Part shown: positions 19,662 through 27,520 of the stretch, piece after piece
Layout of the letters: each line of letters opens with the position of its first letter
How positions within the stretch are numbered: the first letter of the stretch is position 1
Source: Clostridia bacterium
GTDB taxonomy: Bacteria; Bacillota; Clostridia; Christensenellales; DTU072
Length of the DNA stretch: 61,250 nt
Assembly (NCBI GenBank): GCA_017461065.1
Contig: JAFTZC010000061.1
Span: 1-61,250, forward strand
Direction of reading: 5' to 3'
The notes under the pieces: generated by a model
Databases searched by the model: none
Seen by the model: the letters and a program-made list of their open reading frames with translations, nothing else
What the model was told of the DNA's origin: nothing
Program-made: the position numbers and the translations under genes

Positions 19662-19883
19662 CTAAAAATCACTTTTTCCAAGTAGATAGTCGATACTGCA
19701 GTTTAATTCGTTCGATAGGGCTATGAGCGCGTCGAAGTTACATTCTCTTTGCCCATTTTCCCAATAAGAAAGTAGCCTCACGGAAACGTTTAGCTTAGTA
19801 GCAAGCTCTTGTCTACTAAAACCCATTTCCAACCTAAGCTCTTTTAATCTTTCGGGAAATTTATTGTTATACGTTATCTTCAT
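19662..19883 (-). CDS. XRE-family helix-turn-helix transcriptional regulator (module 1)
   Basis: HTH_3-like ERLKELRLEMGFSRQELATKLNVSVRLLSYWENG. Track ORF 19662-19940 trimmed to ATG 19883 (MKITYNNKF...). The start is uncertain and there is no SD. Confidence 0.75.
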   Translation of the reverse strand: MKITYNNKFPERLKELRLEMGFSRQELATKLNVSVRLLSYWENGQRECNFDALIALSNELNCSIDYLLGKSDF

Positions 19884-19894
19884 ATCTAAATAAT

Positions 19895-19909
19895 AGAACA
19901 ATTTGTTCC
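19895..19909. promoter_or_regulatory. operator-like palindrome AGAACA-att-TGTTCC
   Basis: Read directly; same RGAACA-N3-TGTTCC consensus as 19924-19938, centres 29 bp apart. Confidence 0.55.
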
Positions 19910-19916
19910 AAATATC

Positions 19917-19945
19917 TTGACTTGGAACATTATGTTCCATATAAT
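19917..19945 (+). promoter_or_regulatory. promoter of the 839-aa lipoprotein gene: TTGACT-17-TATAAT, spacer filled by the palindrome GGAACA-tta-TGTTCC (19924-19938)
   Basis: TTGACT 19917-19922, TATAAT 19940-19945; the 17-nt spacer tggaacattatgttcca is itself a perfect palindrome. Confidence 0.65.
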
Positions 19946-19982
19946 TTAGTTATAAACCAATTTTATTAAAGGAGTTACAATT

Positions 19983-22502
19983 ATGAAAAGGAAGATAACG
20001 TTGTTAGTACTTACGCTAATAGTCGTAATGCTCACAACTTTCGTATTGTTTGCCTGCAACAGTAATGCCGACGGCAAGTATTATCTTTACGATGGCAATA
20101 CTAAGTACGAAGACTCTTGGATAGAAATCAAGGGCAAAAATTGGACGAGCGCTGAAGGTGTTTCGGGCAAGGTTAGCATTGACGGCGACAATATTACCCT
20201 TACTGCAGATAGTGGCGAAACGCTAACCGGTACCGTCAAAGACGGCGTTCTTATGCTTGGCGAAGCTCCACTCGTTGTCGTTTACGCTAAGGACGGCGTT
20301 GACCCATCTAAAGTAGGCAACTCTAACGTTGACAACAGGGCAAAGGTCGTAGCTATCCAAGGCGGTACGGTTGACGGACTAAACGTAAACCTTGACGTTG
20401 GTAGCGAAGTAGCCGACGTTGACCTATCAGGTATGCTACAAGTATCCAACAACTCAAGTTGGCAACTATATTTGGATAAGCTCGGACAAACCATTGTTCC
20501 CACCAAGTATGCAACCAATCTCGTTGAAGGTGACAACATTTACTACATAGTAGTAAACTCCGAAGACGGCAGCGTAAATAGAACTTATACCCTTAACGTT
20601 CATAAGCAATATTATACTAACGTATATTTGAAGGTTAACGACCAAGTGGTAAAGACCATTGAAAACGTACTTTCACACACCAACGTTGAACTTAACGCAC
20701 CAAGTGAAATCAAGGGTTATAACCTAACTTGGGGCTCAAGTACCTACTACGTAACCGAAAGGAACAAGACCATTGAGCCAAGTAGCGTTACCGCTAAGAC
20801 CTATACCGTAACTTTGGATGCAGGTGAAGGCACGCTAAGTGGCAACGCAACTCATACCATAAGCTACAATTCTGAGTACACTCTACCCGTAGCGGAAAGA
20901 GAGGGTTATACCTTTATCGGTTGGGCAGGGGACGGCGTTACCGTAACCGATTCATACGGCGTTTCTACCGAAAACTTCCTTTTCGATAAGGATATCACCT
21001 ATACTGCTACCTATCGTCCCAACAAGGTGGAGCTTACCGTTGTAAGCCAACACCTAAATTTGGGCTCGGTAGATAAGGTAACGGGCGAAAAGGACTACGG
21101 CTCAACCGTAACCATCAAGGCAAACCCATTTGACAAAGTTTACTTTGACGGCTGGTATACCAGTAGCCAAGAGGGCGCTATCAAACTAAGTGACCAACCC
21201 ACCTACACCTTTACCGTAGGCGAAAATACCACCTTCGTAGCAAGATTTATCTGCTATACCGTCACCACCCAAGCATTTGACGACAATGCAGGTACCTTTG
21301 ATGAATATCGCGGTCAAAAGATGACGATAGGCGAACAAAAGACCTTGAACGCAACTGCAAACCCCGGATATATTTGGCTCGGTTGGTTTGACGGCACCAC
21401 CAAGGTAACCGATAGTTTGACCTACGTTTTCACTATGGAAAGAGAAAGCAAGACCTTTACTGCAAGATGGGAAAAATGCACTTCTCACACCTTGGTAGAG
21501 TGCGTATGCACCAAGTGTAACGCTGCTTCTCACACGGGCGATATCGTCGGTGGACAATGTAATAGTTGTGGAGAAACCGTTTATACTCGCAACGACTCGT
21601 ATATTACCTTTGGTAGTTATCCGCAAACCCGCGTAACCGACTATACCACCACCCAAGCTTTAAAGGAAATGGCAGGTAGTATGCCTTCATCAAGCTATGG
21701 CTATAATTGGACTTCCTACGGCTACTACCAATCAGGTAGCGTAAGCGATTATATGTGGTATATCGACCTTGAATACAACGGCGAAAAATATCGTGGCGTA
21801 TACTTTACTTCATATCGTCTAACTAACATAACGTACACGGATGTAAGTAACGTAATCTCTTATACCTACCAAGACGACGCAGGCTACTCGTTGAATAATG
21901 CTTATTGGTTCAAGTACGAGCCCATCAAGTGGAGAATTATGAGCGAAGCTGACGGCAAAGCAGTTATACTTTCAGAGCTTATTTTGGATTCTCAAGAATT
22001 CTACCACAGCAGAGATACCCGTACTGAAGACGGAAATACAGTTTATGCTAACAACTGGGAATACAGCAATATTAGAAAGTGGCTAAACGACAACTTCTAT
22101 AACGTTGCTTTCACCGAACTGCAAAAGGCAATAATCGTTGCAACCGAGCTTGACAACAAGACCACGGGCAAAAACGGCACCGAAAACACTTACACTTCTT
22201 GCCAAAACAACACGACCGATAACGTATATTTGCTTGCATACCAAGAGCTTGCAAACAATGCTTTGCTTGAAGAGGTAAGAAGTAAGTATACTACCGATTA
22301 CTCACAAGTACAAGGTGCCGACGGATACTATAGTGCACACGTTGCATCAGATGAAGGTAGAGGTCATTGGTGGCTACGTACGGCTTGCCCCGATAACGGC
22401 ACTAAAACCTCTAACTTGCACCGTGTTTCCGGCGTATGGACGGAAATGGAGGTCGCTTGCACTTACGTAGGCGTTGCACCTGCAATAACCATTCAACTAT
22501 AA
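19983..22502 (+). CDS. surface lipoprotein: cadherin-like/beta-sandwich region, about five Listeria-Bacteroides-type (InlB B-repeat-like) repeats, Cys-rich zinc-ribbon-like segment, C-terminal DUF6273-like domain
   Basis: 839 aa; signal peptide with lipobox LFAC (Cys25); repeat signatures GYTFIGW, FDGWYT, GYIWLGWFDG; CxxC pairs (CTKC, CNSC); C-terminal FGSYPQ...WWLRT...GVAPAITIQL. Confidence 0.8.
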   Translation: MKRKITLLVLTLIVVMLTTFVLFACNSNADGKYYLYDGNTKYEDSWIEIKGKNWTSAEGVSGKVSIDGDNITLTADSGETLTGTVKDGVLMLGEAPLVVVYAKDGVDPSKVGNSNVDNRAKVVAIQGGTVDGLNVNLDVGSEVADVDLSGMLQVSNNSSWQLYLDKLGQTIVPTKYATNLVEGDNIYYIVVNSEDGSVNRTYTLNVHKQYYTNVYLKVNDQVVKTIENVLSHTNVELNAPSEIKGYNLTWGSSTYYVTERNKTIEPSSVTAKTYTVTLDAGEGTLSGNATHTISYNSEYTLPVAEREGYTFIGWAGDGVTVTDSYGVSTENFLFDKDITYTATYRPNKVELTVVSQHLNLGSVDKVTGEKDYGSTVTIKANPFDKVYFDGWYTSSQEGAIKLSDQPTYTFTVGENTTFVARFICYTVTTQAFDDNAGTFDEYRGQKMTIGEQKTLNATANPGYIWLGWFDGTTKVTDSLTYVFTMERESKTFTARWEKCTSHTLVECVCTKCNAASHTGDIVGGQCNSCGETVYTRNDSYITFGSYPQTRVTDYTTTQALKEMAGSMPSSSYGYNWTSYGYYQSGSVSDYMWYIDLEYNGEKYRGVYFTSYRLTNITYTDVSNVISYTYQDDAGYSLNNAYWFKYEPIKWRIMSEADGKAVILSELILDSQEFYHSRDTRTEDGNTVYANNWEYSNIRKWLNDNFYNVAFTELQKAIIVATELDNKTTGKNGTENTYTSCQNNTTDNVYLLAYQELANNALLEEVRSKYTTDYSQVQGADGYYSAHVASDEGRGHWWLRTACPDNGTKTSNLHRVSGVWTEMEVACTYVGVAPAITIQL

Positions 22503-22529
22503 TCACTCAAAACAACATAAAAGCAACAA

Positions 22530-22561
22530 AAAAGTCAACGATAGCGTTGACTTTTTTGTTT
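22530..22561. terminator. bidirectional intrinsic terminator
   Basis: aaaagtcaacg-atag-cgttgactttt between convergent genes. Confidence 0.7.
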
Positions 22562-22573
22562 TATTCAAATGAT

Positions 22574-22786
22574 TTAGTTTTCTAACGTTCTATTGAAAAG
22601 ATAATCAAGTGATACGTTATAAAAATCAGCAATATCAATTAGCGTATCAAAGTCAGGACAAACAGCATCCGTTTCATAACGGGTGTAATTTACTCTTGAA
22701 ATATTAAGCTTGTTTGCAACTTCGAGTTGCGTTAGCCCCAATTCCTTTCGTAAATCTTTTAATTGCTTCCCAATCGTGTTTTTCAT
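22574..22786 (-). CDS. XRE-family helix-turn-helix transcriptional regulator (module 2)
   Basis: 70 aa from ATG 22786 (MKNTIGKQLKDLRKELGLTQLEVANKLNISRVNYTRYE...). The track ORF's N-terminal extension to 22939 is rejected because it runs through the promoter region. Confidence 0.8.
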   Translation of the reverse strand: MKNTIGKQLKDLRKELGLTQLEVANKLNISRVNYTRYETDAVCPDFDTLIDIADFYNVSLDYLFNRTLEN

Positions 22787-22787
22787 A

Positions 22788-22816
22788 TTGACATTGTACA
22801 ATATTTGTACTATTAT
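22788..22816 (+). promoter_or_regulatory. promoter of the module 2 target gene: TTGACA-17-TATTAT, spacer filled by the palindrome GTACAA-tat-TTGTAC (22796-22810)
   Basis: TTGACA 22788-22793, TATTAT 22811-22816; same architecture as 19917-19945. Confidence 0.65.
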
Positions 22817-22826
22817 TAATATAGAT

Positions 22827-22841
22827 GTACATATTTTGTAC
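22827..22841. promoter_or_regulatory. second operator-like near-palindrome GTACAT-att-TTGTAC
   Basis: 5 of 6 arm positions complementary; centre 31 bp from the first palindrome. Confidence 0.5.
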
Positions 22842-22892
22842 ATTTGTATTAGTATGAGCAAAAATAAAAAAGTTTTTCGATGGGGTGTATAT

Positions 22893-24104
22893 ATGAAAAC
22901 ATCGCTTAGTGATACGGCTACTAAATCGAATAATAACATTGGTAAAAGTGCTTTATCAAAAATAATAATTATAGGAATTGTTTCGGTTCTTATAGCAACA
23001 ACATTGTCAATTGGTTTATATTTAAATAATCGTCGTGAGGATTTTAACAGTGCTGATAATGATTTCTTAGAATATGATCACAATGGCTTTAACAACGAGT
23101 ATGAACATAACGAGCAAAACTCCTGCATTATTTGTGGTGCCTTAAAAGACGTGGTAGGTAAAAATGGCGTTTGTAATAGCTGTAATCAACTATCCGATGA
23201 AATAGTTACTAATGCTAATTTAGCAAATAACAGCCAAACTTTCGTGTATACTCGTGAAAATAATTATATTTATTTTGGTACGTATCCACAAAGTAGAGTA
23301 ACTAACGGCAATTTAACAAGTACTCTCAATCAAAAAGCAGGAGTTTTGCCTACTGAATATAATAACGGAAATTGGACTTCCTATGGTTATTATAACGACG
23401 GCGACATATCAAACTATATGTGGTATATCGATTTAGAGTACGAAAGTGAAAAATATCGTGGAGTATACTTTACCTTATATCGTCCTTGGCACACCCATAC
23501 TCCTTGTAGCGTGCCTTCTGACTTCCAAGACGTTAACGGATATATTGTTGAAAATATTTATTGGTTTAAGTTTGAGCCTATTAAATGGAGAATTCTTAAT
23601 GAAAGTGCTAGTAATGTAACTATTTTATCCGAATTAATATTGGATTCACAAGAATTCTACCACAGCAAAGACACGCGTACTGAAGAGAAAAAAACCATTT
23701 ACCCCAACAACTGGGAATATAGCAATATTAGAATTTGGTTGAACGAAACTTTTTATGGTACTGCATTTAATGATTTACAAAAAGACAAGATAGTCAAAAC
23801 CAATGATGATAATATTGCCTTGCTTACCTCTAAAGAAGCAATGAATGAAGACTACGGATTTAGCTCAACTAATACTGATTTAGATACAGCAAGGAGAAAA
23901 CAATCAAGTGATTACGCCAAAGTACAAGGATTATTTGTAGACGAAAGTACATATGTTGGTTGTAGTTGGTGGTGGTTGAGTACAGCAAGCGAACACGTTG
24001 ATCATAACGTTGCACGCGTAAGTAGTGGTGGTAAGGTTGGTAGCTATTGTGAGGTTGATTTTACACGTAGTGGTGTAGTACCTGTAATTAGAATTCAGAT
24101 ATAA
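22893..24104 (+). CDS. membrane-anchored zinc-ribbon plus DUF6273-like protein, paralog of the C-terminal ~320 aa of the 839-aa lipoprotein
   Basis: N-terminal TM (IIIIGIVSVLIATTLSIGLYL), CIIC...CNSC, then YIYFGTYPQSRV...ILSELILDSQEFYHSKDTRTE...WWWLST...GVVPVIRIQI. Start is ATG 22893 (GGGG 7 nt upstream) or ATG 22854. Confidence 0.75.
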   Translation: MKTSLSDTATKSNNNIGKSALSKIIIIGIVSVLIATTLSIGLYLNNRREDFNSADNDFLEYDHNGFNNEYEHNEQNSCIICGALKDVVGKNGVCNSCNQLSDEIVTNANLANNSQTFVYTRENNYIYFGTYPQSRVTNGNLTSTLNQKAGVLPTEYNNGNWTSYGYYNDGDISNYMWYIDLEYESEKYRGVYFTLYRPWHTHTPCSVPSDFQDVNGYIVENIYWFKFEPIKWRILNESASNVTILSELILDSQEFYHSKDTRTEEKKTIYPNNWEYSNIRIWLNETFYGTAFNDLQKDKIVKTNDDNIALLTSKEAMNEDYGFSSTNTDLDTARRKQSSDYAKVQGLFVDESTYVGCSWWWLSTASEHVDHNVARVSSGGKVGSYCEVDFTRSGVVPVIRIQI

Positions 24105-24116
24105 AATTACGTTTAG

Positions 24117-24146
24117 GAGCGTGGAAACCCACGCTCTTATTTTTTG
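24117..24146 (+). terminator. intrinsic terminator
   Basis: gagcgtgg-aaac-ccacgctc followed by ttatttttt. Confidence 0.7.
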
Positions 24147-24223
24147 CTAAAAATGATAAATCTACGAGTATAATATGACTTTTGGGTGGTAATAATCAAA
24201 GCAACAACAACTCGGAGGTCATT

Positions 24224-24910
24224 ATGAAAGTTAAAGTTAATTCCCAAAAAATCAAGGCGTTCTTTAAAAAGAATATGTATTATATGATTATGGGTGTATG
24301 CGTGCTCGCAATAGGGGCTATGATTACGGTTGCAGTAGTCGTATCCGAAAACGAAGCTAAGGTGGACGAAACACCAAACGAAGTTATTAACCCCGGCGAC
24401 AACGTCCAACAACAACCCGATACCGATACGCCCGTTATCACCCCACCCGATACCGATATCCCCGATACCGACGTGGTAGTTAAGCCCGAACCCATCGTAT
24501 TCGGTATGCCCGTTGAAAACGGCACCGTAATCAAAGATTACGTTATGGATACTCTTGTATGGTGCAACACCCTTAAGCAATATCAAGTACACGGTGGCAT
24601 CGACTATACTGCCGAAGAAAATGCAAGCGTGCTATGCGTTTACGACGGCGTTGTAAAGAGCGTTAGCTACGACGCACTAAACGGCCACGTAGTAACCGTC
24701 GACCACGGAAACGGCTTGGTAACTTCATATAGCTCACTTAGCGAGCCAATAGTAGCCGAAGGTCAAACGGTATACAAAGGCTCCAAGCTCAGCACCATTT
24801 CAACTTCAGCAACCAAGGAAATGAGCGACGGCGCACACGTACACTTCTCCGTTACTCTCAACGGTCAAACCGTCAGCCCATACGACTATATGCTAACGAG
24901 CGACAAGTAG
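24224..24910 (+). CDS. M23/LytM-family metallopeptidase with N-terminal TM anchor and P/D/T-rich linker
   Basis: HGGIDY...D and HVHFSV zinc-ligand motifs. Track ORF trimmed to ATG 24224, which follows a GGAGG at ~24214-24218. Confidence 0.85.
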   Translation: MKVKVNSQKIKAFFKKNMYYMIMGVCVLAIGAMITVAVVVSENEAKVDETPNEVINPGDNVQQQPDTDTPVITPPDTDIPDTDVVVKPEPIVFGMPVENGTVIKDYVMDTLVWCNTLKQYQVHGGIDYTAEENASVLCVYDGVVKSVSYDALNGHVVTVDHGNGLVTSYSSLSEPIVAEGQTVYKGSKLSTISTSATKEMSDGAHVHFSVTLNGQTVSPYDYMLTSDK

Positions 24911-24938
24911 GTCGAGGTGTAGATAGCTAATTTGTACT

Positions 24939-24967
24939 AAAAAAACCGATTTTTATCGGTTTTTTTG
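24939..24967 (+). terminator. intrinsic terminator
   Basis: accgat-tttt-atcggt plus T6, with an upstream A-run. Confidence 0.65.
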
Positions 24968-25016
24968 ATTTTTAACTTATTTTTTACCTTTTTTAATTTT
25001 GGTATATTGCGTTAAC

Positions 25017-25037
25017 TTTAATGATTTATTCATTAAA
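25017..25037. promoter_or_regulatory. 8-bp inverted repeat TTTAATGA-N5-TCATTAAA just downstream of a TGgTATATT extended -10 (25000-25008)
   Basis: Read directly. A direct repeat AACTTTAAT occurs at 25014-25022 and 25056-25064. Confidence 0.4.
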
Positions 25038-25081
25038 TGATGTTACAATAGGTTGAACTTTAATTTAGGTGAGGACTTTTA

Positions 25082-27457
25082 ATGCTTAAACTTAACGATA
25101 TCACTAAGATTTACGCAGAAAAAACCGATAGTGCCGTCGAAGCACTCAAGGGCGTTTCTATTTCATTTAGAAAGAGTGAATTCGTATCTATTTTAGGGCA
25201 AAGTGGCTGTGGTAAAACTACGCTGCTTAACATAATTGGTGGCTTGGATAGATATACCGACGGCGACCTTATTATAAAAGGTAAGTCAACCAAGGATTTC
25301 AAGGACGTGGACTGGGATACCTATCGTAATCACTCCATCGGCTTCGTGTTCCAAAGCTACAATCTAATTCCACACCAAACCATTCTTGAAAACGTAGAGC
25401 TATCTATGACGCTTGGTGGGGTACCAAAGGCAGAGCGCAGAAAAAGGGCTAAAGATGCTCTTATTTCAGTTGGTCTTGAAGAAAAAATGAACAAGAAACC
25501 CAACGAGCTGAGTGGTGGACAAATGCAACGCGTATCCATTGCTCGCGCACTTGCTTCGGAACCTGATATTATCCTTGCCGACGAGCCTACGGGCGCGCTC
25601 GATACCGAAACGAGCAAGAGCGTAATGGCACTTCTAAAGGAAATATCTAAGACTAAGTTGGTCATAATGGTTACGCATAATCCGGAGCTTGCAAACGAGT
25701 ACTCCGACCGCATAATCAAAATGCTTGACGGCAACGTCATCGAAGACACTAAGCCCTACGACGGCGAGTACGTCGAAACGGCAGACGACCAAAAGGAAGT
25801 AACCTATAAAAAGAAAAACTCGTCGATGAATTTCCTAACGGCGCTTAGACTATCGGGCAAAAACCTGATTTCAAAGTATAAGCGCACGATAATTACTTCA
25901 CTTGCTGCAAGCATTGGTATAATCGGTATAGCCGTTATCCTATCGGTTAGCTCGGGTATGCAAGCTTATATCGACCAAACTATGCTTGATAGTACGTCGT
26001 TTAACTTTATTTCCATAAGCTCAACGACCACCAAAATGAATTTTGGTGAAGAGGGCGAAAACGCTATGATGGAGTATCCCGAAAATACTACGGGCGTAAT
26101 TCCTTACGTACCGGTTACTGCAGAAACCAAAAAGCAAAAGCTCGACGATGCCTTCGTTAGCTATCTTGAGGGTGTTTGTAAAATAGGGGAAGATGATACT
26201 CTTGCTGTCGATATTTCATATACCTACAACGTTACGCTAAATATCCTAACCGAAAAAGCGGGGCAATACGTAGCCGTAAGCAGTTCTGCTTGGGGCGAGA
26301 GTTTGCATAACGCCGATTATCTTGACGAGTACTATACCGTGCTGGCTAAGGATAACAACGTTCAATCGGCTATGCCCGATAGCGCAAACGAAGTAGCGCT
26401 TGTGGTTGACAGCTACAATAGACTTTCTACTTCAACGCTCGATTCACTTGGTATCGCGTACGATAGCGAAAACCTAACCGAGATAAAGTACTCGGAGCTT
26501 ATCGGCAAAGAGTTCCGCGTGGTATTCAACGACGGCTGGTACACCCAAGACGCAAACGGCTGGTATCAAGGTGCAAACGTTACTAACTACGCCGACGCAT
26601 ATCAAAACGAAAACGGACTAACCGTAAAAATCGTCAGCGTGCTACGAGAAAAGAAGGATGCTCCGGCAAGTTGGCTATCTGATGGTATTGCGTACTCTCC
26701 AAAGTTAACCGAAGCCGTACTCAGCGCAAACAAAACTTCTCAAGTTGCAACGGCTCAAGTAGCTTCACCAGATATTAACGTAACCAACGGAACCGCTTTT
26801 GAAGCATCTTCCGGTGGTGGATTTGGTGGAATGTTTGGCGGTAGCACCGAAACTTACGACGGAATGCTCGAAAAACTTGGCTATACCCAAACGCCTACGA
26901 GAATTACCATTTATCCCATTGACGTCGAAAGTCGCGAAGCAATAATAGCAAAGCTCGACGAATGGAACAATCAAAAGAAGGGTACCGATGCAGTCGTTGA
27001 GTATATTGATATGTCAAGTATGGTAACTTCGATACTCGGCACGGTAGTTGAAATCGTTACCTACGTGCTGATGGCGTTCTCGATAGTTTCACTCGTAATA
27101 TCTTCAATTATGATAGCAATCATAATTTATGCGTCTGTAATAGAAAGGACTAAGGAAATCGGTGTATTGCGTTCAATGGGCGCAAGAAAAAAGGACGTAT
27201 CTCGTGTGTTCAAAGCCGAAGCCGTTATTCTCGGTATAAGTTCGGGTACGATTGCGATATTGCTAACGCTCGTAATCAACGTTATAATAAACGCAATACT
27301 CAACAATCTCGTAGGAGTATCTACCATTGCAAGCCTTGGTGTAGGTACGGCGTTTGCACTCATTGCTCTTAGCACCGTACTGCTTCTCATTGCAAGCCTA
27401 ATCCCTGCAAGCATTGCTGCTAAAAAAGAGCCTGCCGTAGCCCTTAGGACGGAGTAG
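25082..27457 (+). CDS. fused MacB-type ABC transporter (N-terminal ATPase, 4-TM FtsX permease, ~350-aa extracytoplasmic domain)
   Basis: 791 aa; Walker A GQSGCGKTT, signature SGGQMQR, Walker B ILADEPT; C-terminal FtsX-like TM bundle. Confidence 0.88.
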   Translation: MLKLNDITKIYAEKTDSAVEALKGVSISFRKSEFVSILGQSGCGKTTLLNIIGGLDRYTDGDLIIKGKSTKDFKDVDWDTYRNHSIGFVFQSYNLIPHQTILENVELSMTLGGVPKAERRKRAKDALISVGLEEKMNKKPNELSGGQMQRVSIARALASEPDIILADEPTGALDTETSKSVMALLKEISKTKLVIMVTHNPELANEYSDRIIKMLDGNVIEDTKPYDGEYVETADDQKEVTYKKKNSSMNFLTALRLSGKNLISKYKRTIITSLAASIGIIGIAVILSVSSGMQAYIDQTMLDSTSFNFISISSTTTKMNFGEEGENAMMEYPENTTGVIPYVPVTAETKKQKLDDAFVSYLEGVCKIGEDDTLAVDISYTYNVTLNILTEKAGQYVAVSSSAWGESLHNADYLDEYYTVLAKDNNVQSAMPDSANEVALVVDSYNRLSTSTLDSLGIAYDSENLTEIKYSELIGKEFRVVFNDGWYTQDANGWYQGANVTNYADAYQNENGLTVKIVSVLREKKDAPASWLSDGIAYSPKLTEAVLSANKTSQVATAQVASPDINVTNGTAFEASSGGGFGGMFGGSTETYDGMLEKLGYTQTPTRITIYPIDVESREAIIAKLDEWNNQKKGTDAVVEYIDMSSMVTSILGTVVEIVTYVLMAFSIVSLVISSIMIAIIIYASVIERTKEIGVLRSMGARKKDVSRVFKAEAVILGISSGTIAILLTLVINVIINAILNNLVGVSTIASLGVGTAFALIALSTVLLLIASLIPASIAAKKEPAVALRTE

Positions 27458-27470
27458 CGCCGTCGCGACA

Positions 27471-27505
27471 AAAAAAGAAAGGAGCGAATAGTTCGCTCCT
27501 TTTTG
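27471..27505. terminator. bidirectional intrinsic terminator
   Basis: ggagcgaa-tag-ttcgctcc flanked by A- and T-runs, between convergent genes. Confidence 0.7.
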
Positions 27506-27520
27506 CTTGTAATAGGGGGA

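Noticed and set aside
21186-21656. 156-aa antisense ORF inside the 839-aa lipoprotein gene. Similar antisense ORFs occur at 5318-5812, 24137-24592, 37608-38111, 44521-44955, 50687-51088 and 55134-55574.
   Set aside because: All lie fully inside strongly supported genes on the opposite strand, lack SD sites and have no recognisable motifs.
24182-27457. Calling the M23 peptidase and MacB-like gene a single FtsEX-EnvC-type operon
   Set aside because: A clear terminator (24939-24967) and a separate promoter lie between them. A functional link is kept only as a low-confidence hypothesis.
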